From contig OZ244070.1 in NCBI GenBank assembly GCA_965215605.1, positions 3,456,001 to 3,520,000 on the forward strand: a DNA stretch of 64,000 nucleotides, written 5' to 3'. The stretch comes from an uncultured Candidatus Binatia bacterium (GTDB lineage Bacteria > Desulfobacterota > Binatia > UBA9968 > JAJDTQ01). The notes beneath the pieces were generated by a model. It searched no databases. It saw only the letters and a list, made by a program, of their open reading frames with translations, and was not told where the DNA came from. The translations under genes and the position numbers were made by a program. Each line of letters begins with the position of its first letter. Position 1 is the first letter of the stretch. Shown here in pieces: positions 45,780-55,252 of the stretch.

Positions 45780-47444
45780 TTACCACTGCCAGCGCGCCGC
45801 CAGTTCTTCCCCGTTCATTTCAACGGCTTGGTTGCGGACGAGTCCCGGATCGCTCTCCGGGAAGTCCAGGCGTTGGTGGGCGCCGCGGCTCTCGGCGCGC
45901 CCCAGCGCCGCCCGCGTTACCGCTTCGGCGGTGGTGAGCATGGCGCGAAGCTCCAACCGGTCCTGCAGATCGAGGTTGAAGCCGACGGCTTCGTGCGCCG
46001 CCACCGGCGTTTTCCGGATCTCGCGGATGCCGTCGAGCGCGCGGCGGAGTCGCTCGCCGGTTCGGAAAGGGCCGACATCGTTCCACATGAGGTCCTGCAG
46101 GCGGCGTTGCAGCACATTGGCCGGGGCGCCGTCCTCCAGACGCGCGGCCGCGGCGCACCGGAGGCGCGCCTCCGCGCCGCCGGTCGCGGCGCCGTTCCAA
46201 CTCGAAGGAATGCCGGCCGCCGCCTTGCCGGCCGCCCGCCCCGCGCATTCGCCGAACACCAGCGCCTCGGTGATGGCGTTGCCCGACAGCCGGTTGGCGC
46301 CGTTGGCTCCGCCCACGGCCTCGCCCGCGGCGTAGAGCCCGGGCACGCGGGTCTCCATGCGCTCGTCCACACGGATGCCGCCCATATGGTAGTGCGCCGT
46401 CGGCGCCACCTCCACGGGCGTTTGCGTGAGGTCGATGCCGTTTGTGGCCAACCGGTCGATGACCGGGCCGAAAGCGTCGCGCAGAGTCTCGTCGGGAACG
46501 TGCCGGAAGTCCAGGTAGACGCCGCCGTGGGGGGAGCCCCGTCCCGCTTCCACCTCCTTCAGGATGGCGTAGGAAGCCTGGTCGCGCACTGTCGTGTACT
46601 TGCCGCCGTCCTGCCCGCCGTAACGGTGCATGAACTCCTCGAAGTCGCCGTTCAGGAGCCGGCCGCCGAGCTTGTAGCGGAAAGGGTCCCACATGATGGG
46701 GTCCATGCCCACCAGCCGCGGCGCCAGGTGGGCGATGGGAAAGAACTGCACGAACTCCATGTCGACGAGTTCGGCGCCGGCGCGCAGCGCCAGCGCGTAG
46801 GCCTCGCCGCCCATGTTGGTGGACGCGCTGTTGCGGCGATAGATCTTGGTGAGTCCGCCTGCCGCCAGAATGACGGCCTTGGCGGTGAAGGTCGCCACTT
46901 CACCCGACACCACGTCCAGGCCCACGGCGCCGGCCGCGCGGCCGTCCCGCACGACGACATCCGTGACCGTCACGTTGCTGACCCGGCGCACCGCGCTCAT
47001 GGTGCCCACCTGGCGCCGCAACGTCCCCGCGACGCCCGGCCCGGTGTTGAGGAAGTCCACGTAGCAGCAGCGCGCCCGGCCGTGGCCCGGAGCCTGGACC
47101 TGGCGGATGCGTCCACTTGGGCCGCGCGCCCAGTGGGCGCCCCAGCGATCCATGTCGAAAATGCGGGCGGGACCGTTCTCGCACAACAGGCGGGCGAGTT
47201 TCTCGTCACACAGTTCGCGGCCCGCGGCGAGGGTGTCGTTGAGATGGTCGCTCCAGTGGTCCCGTTCCTCGTGCCCGATGGCCGCGGCCACGGTCATCTG
47301 CGCCATGATGGTGGCGCCGCCGCGGCCCACCAGGGACTTGTCCAGCAGCAGAACCGACGCGCCTTCCCGTGCCGCGGCGATGGCCGCGTACATGCCGGCC
47401 CCGCCCGCTCCCACCACCAGAACGTCTGTGGACAGATGGACCAC
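45780..47444 (-). CDS. SdhA/FrdA/NadB-family FAD-binding flavoprotein, substrate unknown
   Basis: 'DVLVVGAGGAG', 'DMEFVQF', 'HYHMGGI', 'GLYAAGE', 'GANRL', 'RAESRGAH.R.DFPE'. Confidence 0.9.
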   Translation of the reverse strand: MVHLSTDVLVVGAGGAGMYAAIAAAREGASVLLLDKSLVGRGGATIMAQMTVAAAIGHEERDHWSDHLNDTLAAGRELCDEKLARLLCENGPARIFDMDRWGAHWARGPSGRIRQVQAPGHGRARCCYVDFLNTGPGVAGTLRRQVGTMSAVRRVSNVTVTDVVVRDGRAAGAVGLDVVSGEVATFTAKAVILAAGGLTKIYRRNSASTNMGGEAYALALRAGAELVDMEFVQFFPIAHLAPRLVGMDPIMWDPFRYKLGGRLLNGDFEEFMHRYGGQDGGKYTTVRDQASYAILKEVEAGRGSPHGGVYLDFRHVPDETLRDAFGPVIDRLATNGIDLTQTPVEVAPTAHYHMGGIRVDERMETRVPGLYAAGEAVGGANGANRLSGNAITEALVFGECAGRAAGKAAAGIPSSWNGAATGGAEARLRCAAAARLEDGAPANVLQRRLQDLMWNDVGPFRTGERLRRALDGIREIRKTPVAAHEAVGFNLDLQDRLELRAMLTTAEAVTRAALGRAESRGAHQRLDFPESDPGLVRNQAVEMNGEELAARWQW

Positions 47445-47787
47445 GCCGCAAAGTCTAGTGCAAAGCGAAGGAACCGTCCAGCACGCCCCCGGAACGCCTG
47501 CAGAAAAGGACCGGGACCGCGGGGAGGCGGTTCACTTGATGGGGCTGGTGTTCGGACGGGCCGAGCGGAACCTCCTTGGCGCGCCGCCCGCACGGGCTTG
47601 ATCCCCGTCGTTGCCGCTCTTCCCCGGGCTGGCTCCGGGGAACTGCCGTGAGCCGCGCATCTCCTTGACGCCGCAACGCCTTTCGTTCTAACAAGAAACC
47701 TCAAGGACAGGGACAGAGCAGGGACGGGTGGGCGCAACTTCTACGCAGTCTACACAAGGCAGCAAGCCGCAAAGGGGAGGACCCGAC

Positions 47788-49461
47788 ATGGCGCATGATC
47801 TGGTTATCAAGAACGGGCTCGTGGTCGACGGCACCGGCAGTCCCGGTTTCGAGGCGGACGTGGCCATCGACGGGGGAACCATCGCCGCCATCGGAAAGGA
47901 CGTGGGGTCCGGCACGACCGAGATCGACGCCCGCGGCCAGGTGGTGGCGCCTGGTTTCATCGACTCCCACACCCACATGGACCTCTTCATCGTGCAGTAT
48001 CCCCACGGAAATCCCGTGGTGAACTACGGCGTCACCTCCATCGTCATCGGCGACTGCGGCGCCTCCATCGCACCGGTGCCGCCTCAGGGCGAGCCGCGCG
48101 ACGTGCTGATTTCCTATCTGCGCCGGGTCCTCGACGACTACGTCAACGACGACGACTGGAAGTGGACCACTTTCCCCGAATACCTGGACTACCTCGAAGG
48201 ACGCGTAGGCGTGAACGTGGCCGCCTTGGTGCCGCACTCCCCGGTGCGCCTGACGGTCATGGGCGAGGCGGCCTACAAGCGCGAGTCCACTCCCGAGGAG
48301 CTGGAAACCATGAAGCAGATGGTCCGGGAGGGCATGGAGGCGGGCGGCATCGGCTTCTCGTCCAGCCCCCGGGGCGGTCCGGCGATCCATGCCGGCACTC
48401 CCAGCACCCTGGCCAGCCAGGAAGAGATGGCGGCCCTGGCCAACGTGGCGGGCGAATACGGCGGCTGTTTCCAGTTCAACGGCTTCGGCAACCTGCTGAA
48501 GCCCGAGAGCGGCTTCCCTGAGCTGGTGGAGAAGATCAACGTGCCGATGATCGGCAACGAGTTCCGGGTGAGGCCCGGGGAGAAGGACGACGGGCTGCGG
48601 GCCATCGAGCTCATGCGGGAGGCCCGGGAGAGGGGCAAGGACATCTACGGCGTGGTCATCCCTTACTCGCACATCCGGCGCTTCAATCTCGACGACTGCT
48701 TCATCCTGGAGGGCCTGCCTCTCTGGGAGGAGATCAAGGGCGACCGGAAGGAGCTGCCGCGGAAGCTCAAGGATCCCGAGGTGCGGCGCAGGCTGGACGA
48801 GCAGCGGCGTGAGAACGCGGGCGAGCCCGCGTATCCCGAATGGCTCGGATGGGGCGGCGTCTACTTCGACGGGATGGAGCGCGAGGACCTCAAGTCCCAC
48901 GAGGGCAGGAACGTCTCGGAGATCGCCGCCGCCGGCGGCAAGTCCGAGACGGACGCCTTCTTCGACACCTGGCTGGAGGACGGCCTCCAGTCCAGGCTCT
49001 ACTATCAGGGTTTCGCCAACGGACACCAGGATCTCCTGGCCGAGATGATCAAGACCACCGAAGGGCTCATCGGCACCGACGCGGGCGCGCATCTGGACCG
49101 GTTCTTCTGGCACGGCGCGCCCACCCGTGTGCTGGGCTACTGGCGCCGCGACAAGAACATCTTCAACCTCGAGGAGGCCGTCCACAAGGTAACCGGCCAT
49201 CCCGCCGCCAAGCTGCGCATGAACCGCGGCATCCTCAAGACCGGCCTTCCGGCCGACGTCACGGTGTTCGACCCCGACAAGATCGACGATCTGGCCAGCA
49301 AGCGCATGCCGGCCAAGCTCGACGAGGAGGAGATCCACCGGCATCCGCCCGGCATCGCCGCGGTGGTGGTCAACGGCAAGGTGGTGCTGGAACACGGCGA
49401 GTGCAAGGACGTCTTCCCCGGCCAGGTGAGGCGGCAGGATCTCTTCGTCCAGGGACAGTAG
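47788..49461 (+). CDS. Amidohydrolase (N-acyl-D-amino-acid deacylase-like)
   Basis: 'DLVIKNGLVVDGTG', 'PGFIDSHTH.D', 'GDCG', 'TDAGAH', 'ADVTVFDP'. Confidence 0.88.
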   Translation: MAHDLVIKNGLVVDGTGSPGFEADVAIDGGTIAAIGKDVGSGTTEIDARGQVVAPGFIDSHTHMDLFIVQYPHGNPVVNYGVTSIVIGDCGASIAPVPPQGEPRDVLISYLRRVLDDYVNDDDWKWTTFPEYLDYLEGRVGVNVAALVPHSPVRLTVMGEAAYKRESTPEELETMKQMVREGMEAGGIGFSSSPRGGPAIHAGTPSTLASQEEMAALANVAGEYGGCFQFNGFGNLLKPESGFPELVEKINVPMIGNEFRVRPGEKDDGLRAIELMREARERGKDIYGVVIPYSHIRRFNLDDCFILEGLPLWEEIKGDRKELPRKLKDPEVRRRLDEQRRENAGEPAYPEWLGWGGVYFDGMEREDLKSHEGRNVSEIAAAGGKSETDAFFDTWLEDGLQSRLYYQGFANGHQDLLAEMIKTTEGLIGTDAGAHLDRFFWHGAPTRVLGYWRRDKNIFNLEEAVHKVTGHPAAKLRMNRGILKTGLPADVTVFDPDKIDDLASKRMPAKLDEEEIHRHPPGIAAVVVNGKVVLEHGECKDVFPGQVRRQDLFVQGQ

Positions 49462-49494
49462 ACCGCCGTGCCGGGAACAGAGGAGAACACACGC

Positions 49495-50241
49495 ATGGAG
49501 GTCCTTGGACCGGAAGGGCTGATCGACGATCTTCGCCGTGTGCTGCGCGGCCGGTATCCCGTTCATCCCTTGCGCAAGCTGCTCCTGGGCGGTGAGCTCA
49601 CCCGGGAGCAGTTGCAGGGGTGGGCCAAGAACCAGTTTCACGAGTTCCGCAACATCCATCGCTTCTTCGGCATCCGTTACCAGAAGTGCCCGGTCCAGGC
49701 ATTGCGGCGCATGTTGCTGGAGAACATGGTGGAGGAAGAGGGCGAGGATCTGTTCGGCGGAAAGTATCCCAGCCATGCGGAGTTGTGGACCCGCTTCGGC
49801 GAGGGGCTGGGGATCACGCGCGAGGAACTGCACGGCTACGAGCCCTTGCCGGGAATCAAGGCGGGGCTGGAGATGTACGTGCAACTGGTCCAGCAGAGCC
49901 ACTGGGCCGTCGCCATCGGCACCGGCCTCGTCTTCGAGGGCGAAGGCCCCAGGCGGATGGGGGAGGAGCGCCAGGCCCTGGAGGCCCGGTATCCCTGGAT
50001 ACCCTCGGAGTCCCTGGCCTTCTTTCGCGCCCACGAGTATCATGACGAGGGGCATGGCGACTTCATCGTCGACGTGATCAAGGAACACATCATGGACGGG
50101 GGGCTTCAGGAGGAAATGCGGGCTGCGGTGCGGACGCGCGTGGACATCATGTGGCTTCAGAACGAGTCCATCTATCAGGCCTTCGTGCGCCCCCGGCTCA
50201 GCTCGGAGACTCTCGGCCGAATCGAGGCCGCCGGCAACTGA
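49495..50241 (+). CDS. Heme-oxygenase-like diiron enzyme (PqqC/CADD/TenA fold)
   Basis: 'GELTREQLQGW', 'ENMVEEEG..SHAELW', 'FEGE', 'FFRAHEYHDEGHG'; RBS AGGAG. Confidence 0.85.
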   Translation: MEVLGPEGLIDDLRRVLRGRYPVHPLRKLLLGGELTREQLQGWAKNQFHEFRNIHRFFGIRYQKCPVQALRRMLLENMVEEEGEDLFGGKYPSHAELWTRFGEGLGITREELHGYEPLPGIKAGLEMYVQLVQQSHWAVAIGTGLVFEGEGPRRMGEERQALEARYPWIPSESLAFFRAHEYHDEGHGDFIVDVIKEHIMDGGLQEEMRAAVRTRVDIMWLQNESIYQAFVRPRLSSETLGRIEAAGN

Positions 50242-50296
50242 ATCGGTCTGGGGGCGCGAGCCGCGCGTCCGGGCCGCCACCATCTTGACGAGATCC

Positions 50297-51166
50297 ATGA
50301 GTTCACAGTTCGGTAAAGCGCTTGCAGTGGTGATCCTTCTGGCGGCCACGGTTGCGATGGGATACACGGCGTGGCAGACCCGCAACCTCCGGGCCGCCTT
50401 CGACCGGATGACGGCGGGGGACGAGAAGAACCTCACGGAGATGATGATCGCGCTTGCCCAGACCGAGGGGCATCTCGCGCGAGTGCGGGAGACGATGGAA
50501 CTGCTCGGCAGCGCGGTCACATCGGAAGCCGATGACAATGCGCGCGCCGGCGCGCTGGAGGGGAAGCTCGCGGCCACCCTGACCGCAGCTCAGCGGAAAA
50601 TCCTCCAGCAGGAGTTGAAGAAATGGGTCGCGCAGCTTCAGGAACAGAGAGAGAAGGGCTGGGCGGCGTTGCGGGAGGGCTTCAAGCAGGAGTTGAGCCG
50701 TAGCGAGGCCAAGGGCCGGAAGGAGCTGACGGCGACTCTGAACAGGAATCGGAGGACTCTCACCAACCAGTTGAACGCCTTGGGAAAGAACCTGCCCAAG
50801 CCGTCCACGGAGGAGCCCGGCGAGGAGCTGGCCGCCCTGGAGCGGCGGCTGGCCGCCATTCTCGAGGCGGATGAGAATCGCGCGCAGACCGCCAGACAAA
50901 GAACGGAACGCGACGAGGAGTACTGGAAACAGCTCTTCCTGGCCTTGCAGGAGAGCCAGGACGTGGCGCGGCGGCGTTACGCCGAGTTGGCGGCGCGTCT
51001 GGATGAGTTGCGGAAGGAGGGGTCCGGCAAGCCGTCGGCCGTGGAGGAGGCGCCGCGGCAGGAACCGGCAACGCCCCCGGCGGTCCAGGGTAATCCGACC
51101 GAACGCGAAAGGCTGGCGGAATTTTGCGCCGAGGTGCCTCAATCCGCGCTCTGCCGCGATCTCTAG
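50297..51166 (+). CDS. Hypothetical N-terminally anchored coiled-coil protein
   Basis: One N-terminal hydrophobic helix, long E/Q/R/L-rich heptads, Pro-rich linker, C-terminal 'FCAEVPQSALC'. Confidence 0.65.
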   Translation: MSSQFGKALAVVILLAATVAMGYTAWQTRNLRAAFDRMTAGDEKNLTEMMIALAQTEGHLARVRETMELLGSAVTSEADDNARAGALEGKLAATLTAAQRKILQQELKKWVAQLQEQREKGWAALREGFKQELSRSEAKGRKELTATLNRNRRTLTNQLNALGKNLPKPSTEEPGEELAALERRLAAILEADENRAQTARQRTERDEEYWKQLFLALQESQDVARRRYAELAARLDELRKEGSGKPSAVEEAPRQEPATPPAVQGNPTERERLAEFCAEVPQSALCRDL

Positions 51167-51203
51167 TGGCGGGACACCAACGATTCGTCACACCGGGAAC
51201 GAC

Positions 51204-51827
51204 ATGGGATTTTACGACATCTCGCTGCGATTGAGCCCCGACACCGCTCGTTGGGTCACCGCGACGCCGTTCGAGCTGGTGGACCGTAGGCGGATGCAGC
51301 GGGGCGACCACAATAACTCGTCGAGCGTCAACATGAGCGTCCACAGCGGTACGCACATGGATGCGCCGTTCCATTTCGTGTCCGACGGGGCGGCCATCGA
51401 CCAGTTGCCTCTGGATCTTTTCATCGGGCCGGTCCTGGTGCACGAGGTGACCTCCCGCCGCTACATCACCGAGGAGCATGTGGCGGCGGTTCCGCCCGGA
51501 GAGCGCATCCTGTTCAAGACCCGCAACTCGGAGCTTCTGCGGCGGGCGGAGTACGATCCGGACTTCACCGCCTTCTCCGTCGGAGCGGCCGAGGCGCTGG
51601 TGGCCAAGGGCTACAGGCTCGTGGGTCTGGACTATCTCTCGGTGGCCCACGCGGACGAGCAGGTGCCGGTGCACCGGGCCTTCCTGGATCACGGTCTCGC
51701 GCTGCTGGAAGGCGTGGACCTCACCGGAATCCGGCCGGGCCGGTACGAGTTGATCTGCTTTCCCGTCTGCATCGCCGGCGCGGACGGCGCTCCCTGCCGC
51801 GCCATCCTCCGTGACCTCGATCCTTGA
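51204..51827 (+). CDS. Cyclase family metal hydrolase (kynurenine formamidase-like)
   Basis: 'HSGTHMDAPFH', 'VGLDYLS', 'VHRAFL', 'GADGAPCRA'. Confidence 0.9.
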   Translation: MGFYDISLRLSPDTARWVTATPFELVDRRRMQRGDHNNSSSVNMSVHSGTHMDAPFHFVSDGAAIDQLPLDLFIGPVLVHEVTSRRYITEEHVAAVPPGERILFKTRNSELLRRAEYDPDFTAFSVGAAEALVAKGYRLVGLDYLSVAHADEQVPVHRAFLDHGLALLEGVDLTGIRPGRYELICFPVCIAGADGAPCRAILRDLDP

Positions 51828-51913
51828 GAAGACGGGATTCCTCGATTCCCACGCGCGCTTCGTGCCGCCGACTGCGGTAGCCGAAATGAGACAGCACCCG
51901 TGAAAGGCACCCC

Positions 51914-52873
51914 ATGAGCAAGGTACAGGCCGCCATCCTGGATGATTATCAGAATATCGCCAAGCCCCTGATGGACGCCCGGGAGGTGCCGGACAACCTG
52001 GAAATCACCGTTTTCCGCGACCATCTGACCGACGAGGATGCGCTGGCCGACAGGCTGCGGCGTTTCGAGGTCGTGTGCGTCATGCGGGAGCGGACGCCCT
52101 TCCGGCGCAGCCTCCTGGAGCGCCTGCCCAACCTCGGGCTGCTCGTGACAAGCGGCATGCGGAACGCGTCCGTGGACATGAACGCCGCTGCGGAACGGGG
52201 CGTGACGGTTTGCGGCACGCCCAGCGTCGGCGGGCCCACGGCCGAGCTGGCATGGGGACTCATCATCGGTTTGCTCCGGCACATTCCGCGGGAGGACCGG
52301 GCCACGCGCGAAGGGCGCTGGCAGGAGACCGTCGGCGGAGGTCTCCTGGGCAAGACGCTGGGGGTGGCGGGCTTGGGCAAGCTGGGCGCCCGGGTGGCGC
52401 GCGTGGGACTGGCGTTCGAGATGGACGTCATCGCGTGGAGTCAGAACCTTACGGAGGAACGATGCCGCGAGGTGGGCGTGTCCCGTGTCAGCAAGGAAGA
52501 GTTGCTGTCGCGGTCCGACGTCCTCACCATCCATCTGGTGCTGAGCGACCGCAGCCGCGGCCTGTTCGGCGCCGCCGAGCTCGCGATGATGAAACCCGCG
52601 GCGGTGCTCATCAACACGTCGAGGGGCCCCATCGTCGATGAGGCGGCTCTGGTGCAGGCGCTGGAACGGGGCGCCATCGGCGGCGCGGGCCTTGACGTCT
52701 ACGACACCGAACCGTTGCCGCACGACCACCCTCTCCGGCGTTTGGACAACACGGTCATCACGCCCCACCTGGGGTACGTGGAACAGGCGAACTACGGCGC
52801 CTACTTCGACGGCTATCTGGCCGCCATACGAGGCTATCTCGACGGCGCGCCGGTCAACGTCGTCAAGGCATAA
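51914..52873 (+). CDS. D-2-hydroxyacid dehydrogenase family protein
   Basis: 'ILDDYQ', 'MRERT', 'GLGKLG', 'INTSRGPIVDE', 'DVYDTEP', 'TPHLGY'. Confidence 0.92.
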   Translation: MSKVQAAILDDYQNIAKPLMDAREVPDNLEITVFRDHLTDEDALADRLRRFEVVCVMRERTPFRRSLLERLPNLGLLVTSGMRNASVDMNAAAERGVTVCGTPSVGGPTAELAWGLIIGLLRHIPREDRATREGRWQETVGGGLLGKTLGVAGLGKLGARVARVGLAFEMDVIAWSQNLTEERCREVGVSRVSKEELLSRSDVLTIHLVLSDRSRGLFGAAELAMMKPAAVLINTSRGPIVDEAALVQALERGAIGGAGLDVYDTEPLPHDHPLRRLDNTVITPHLGYVEQANYGAYFDGYLAAIRGYLDGAPVNVVKA

Positions 52874-52902
52874 CCTTGAACGAGAAAGAACAGAACGCAA
52901 AC

Positions 52903-53796
52903 ATGGCACAAACACAGACCGATAACATGGCGCCAACCGAAAACCTGGCGCTCTATTGCGACTTCGAGAACATCGCCATCGGCGTCCGCGACGCACGCTA
53001 CGCCGACTTCGACATGCGGAAGGTCCTGGACCGGCTGCTGGTCAAGGGCAAGATCGTGGTGAAGAAGGCGTATTGCGACTGGGAGCGGTACCGCGAGTAC
53101 AAGCCAGCCATGCACGAGGCCTCCTTCGAGATGATCGAGATCCCTCACGTGCGCCAGTCGGGCAAGAACTCCGCGGACATCCGCATGGTCGTGGACGCGC
53201 TGGACCTCTGTTACACGAAATCCCACGTGGACACCTTCGTGATCATCAGCGGCGACTCCGATTTCTCCGCGCTGGTGAGCAAGCTGCGCGAGAACAACAA
53301 GGTCGTCATCGGCGTCGGCGTGAAGAATTCCACCTCCGACCTGCTGATCGCCAACTGCGACGAGTTCATCTACTACGACGACCTGGCGCGCGACTCCAGG
53401 CGCCGGGGCGGCGCCAAGCGCGCCAAGGCGGCGGCACGGACGCCGCGCAAGACGGCAGCGGCGCCGGTGGAGGAGAAGGAAAAGGCAGAGGAGAAGGCAG
53501 AGGAGAAGGCAGAGGAGAAGGAAAAGGAGGAGAAGAAAGAGGCCCAGGAGGCCCTGGACCTGGTGGTCGAGACCGTCACCCACCTCTTTGACGAACGCGG
53601 CGAGAAGGACACCATCTGGGGCTCCATGGTCAAGCAGGCCCTGAAGCGGCGCAAGCCGGGGTTCAACGAGCGCTACCACGGCTTCCGCTCCTTCGGAAAG
53701 CTGCTGGAGGAAGCCCAGACCCTGCGGCTTCTGGATCTCGAGCCGGACGAGAAATCCGGCGACTACGTGGTCAAGGGGGTTGTCCAGGACGACTGA
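52903..53796 (+). CDS. NYN domain protein with C-terminal OST-HTH/LOTUS domain (LabA/DUF88)
   Basis: 'YCDFEN', 'GKNSADIRMVVDA', 'SGDSDF', C-terminal 'PGFNERYHGFRSFGKLL'. Confidence 0.9.
   Translation: MAQTQTDNMAPTENLALYCDFENIAIGVRDARYADFDMRKVLDRLLVKGKIVVKKAYCDWERYREYKPAMHEASFEMIEIPHVRQSGKNSADIRMVVDALDLCYTKSHVDTFVIISGDSDFSALVSKLRENNKVVIGVGVKNSTSDLLIANCDEFIYYDDLARDSRRRGGAKRAKAAARTPRKTAAAPVEEKEKAEEKAEEKAEEKEKEEKKEAQEALDLVVETVTHLFDERGEKDTIWGSMVKQALKRRKPGFNERYHGFRSFGKLLEEAQTLRLLDLEPDEKSGDYVVKGVVQDD
53482..53517 (+). repeat. In-frame 12-bp tandem repeat, three copies (KAEE)
   Basis: AAGGCAGAGGAG three times, perfect, in the NYN-LOTUS linker. Confidence 0.85.
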
Positions 53797-53836
53797 CGGA
53801 TGCGCCGGCGGACCTCCCTCGCTCCGAGAACCATTC

Positions 53837-55252
53837 GTGCGCATCCCTTCCTTTCCGCAAGCACGAGCCCGTGAAATCAGGATCCTGAGCGTCCTTTCCG
53901 CCGGCACCTTCCTGTTCTTCAACAGCTACGGCAGCATCAACGTCGCCATCCCCAGCATCCAGGCCGAGTTCGGCAGCAGCCTGTCGGCGGTGCAGTGGAT
54001 CGCCACCATGGGGCTGGTCCTGTCCTCCAGCGTGGCCCTTTGCCTGGGCAGGGCAGGCGACATCCTGGGCCGCAACCGACTCTACAAGCTGGGGGTTACG
54101 CTTTACGGCGCCGGCGCGGCGCTGGCGGCCGCCTCGCAGACGTTCACGCAATTGGTCGCGTGCCGGGTGGTCATGACCGTAGGTCTCGCCATGGCCATGC
54201 CCATGTCGACGGCCATCACGGCCGCGGCGTCGCGGCCGGAACGGACCGGGTGGAGCCTGGGCTTCCTGTTGTCGGCGGCAGGCATCGGACGGGCCACGGG
54301 GCCGGCCCTCGGCGGCTTCTTCATCCACTTGGCGGGCTGGCGCGCGGTCTTCCTGGCCAACGCCGTGATCGGCCTGGCGGTGAGCGTCGCCGTGTGGCTC
54401 ATGCTTCGCGAGCGGGAGCGCCGCGGCAGCGAATCGTTCGACTACGCGGGAGCGGCGGCGTTGATCCTGGGGTATCCGTCGATCCTGGTGGGGTTGAGCC
54501 TCGGAGCCAACAGCGACTGGCGCTCGCCTTTCATCGCCTGGTGGTTCCTTCTCGGGGGCGCCGGCATGGCCGCCTTCGTGCTGCGTCAGTTCCGGGCGCG
54601 GCGGCCCTTGATACCGTTGCCGATGATGACGGACGTACCTCTGGTGCTGGCGTTCCTGACCATGGTGTTGTTTTCGGCGGCCTACTTCCCCATCTTCATG
54701 CTGTCGCCGCTGTACATGCGCAACGTGCTGGAGGTGACGCCGCTTCATCTCGGGCTCATCCTTACGACGCTGCCGGTGGTGGCCGCGGTCTGCTCACCCG
54801 TGAGCGGGCGTCTGTCGGATCGTATGGAGACCTGGATGCTGGTGGCGGTGGGGCTGGTGGCCGGCGCGGCCGGAATCGTTGTCTACGCCGGCTTGCAAGA
54901 CGGATCGAGTCCGGCCATGGTGTTGCTGGCGCTTGCGCTGATGGGGGTCGGAGTGGGCGTCTTTCTGCCCGCCCATCAGAAGACCGTGTTCGCGCTGGCC
55001 CCGCGCGAACACTACGGTCTCGCCGGCGGGCTGCTGTCGGCGTGCGGCCCGGGGGCGGGAGCCCTGGGCATCGGGCTTGCCGTCTCCCTCATGGAAGGCG
55101 CGGGTACGTTGGAATTCGTGGCCGCGCAAAGGGCCGCCATGCTGTGGTTGCTGCCGCTGCCTTTCCTCGCGCTCGGCCTCGTCTTCATCGGGCGTTTGCG
55201 CGCCAGGCGGAAGGGGCCGCCGCGAACGGATGCCGCGGCCGGTAAGGAATGA
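53837..55252 (+). CDS. MFS transporter (DHA2-like, about 14 TM)
   Basis: 'INVAIPSI', 'LGRAGDILGRNR', 'GPALGG', 'WRAVFLAN', 'FDYAG'; start uncertain (ORF opens at 53780). Confidence 0.85.
   Translation: MRIPSFPQARAREIRILSVLSAGTFLFFNSYGSINVAIPSIQAEFGSSLSAVQWIATMGLVLSSSVALCLGRAGDILGRNRLYKLGVTLYGAGAALAAASQTFTQLVACRVVMTVGLAMAMPMSTAITAAASRPERTGWSLGFLLSAAGIGRATGPALGGFFIHLAGWRAVFLANAVIGLAVSVAVWLMLRERERRGSESFDYAGAAALILGYPSILVGLSLGANSDWRSPFIAWWFLLGGAGMAAFVLRQFRARRPLIPLPMMTDVPLVLAFLTMVLFSAAYFPIFMLSPLYMRNVLEVTPLHLGLILTTLPVVAAVCSPVSGRLSDRMETWMLVAVGLVAGAAGIVVYAGLQDGSSPAMVLLALALMGVGVGVFLPAHQKTVFALAPREHYGLAGGLLSACGPGAGALGIGLAVSLMEGAGTLEFVAAQRAAMLWLLPLPFLALGLVFIGRLRARRKGPPRTDAAAGKE

Noticed and set aside
45326-47444. 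Canonical succinate dehydrogenase sdhAB
   Set aside because: Covalent-FAD His and one substrate-binding His are absent, B subunit has only the 2Fe-2S domain, no sdhCD
49495-50241. PQQ biosynthesis gene pqqC
   Set aside because: No other pqq genes nearby; ligand pattern fits a diiron enzyme rather than cofactor-free PqqC
52903-53796. NYN protein or the 61434-62195 exonuclease as an anti-phage or toxin-antitoxin system
   Set aside because: Both are widespread stand-alone families, 8 kb apart, with no partner or defence-island context
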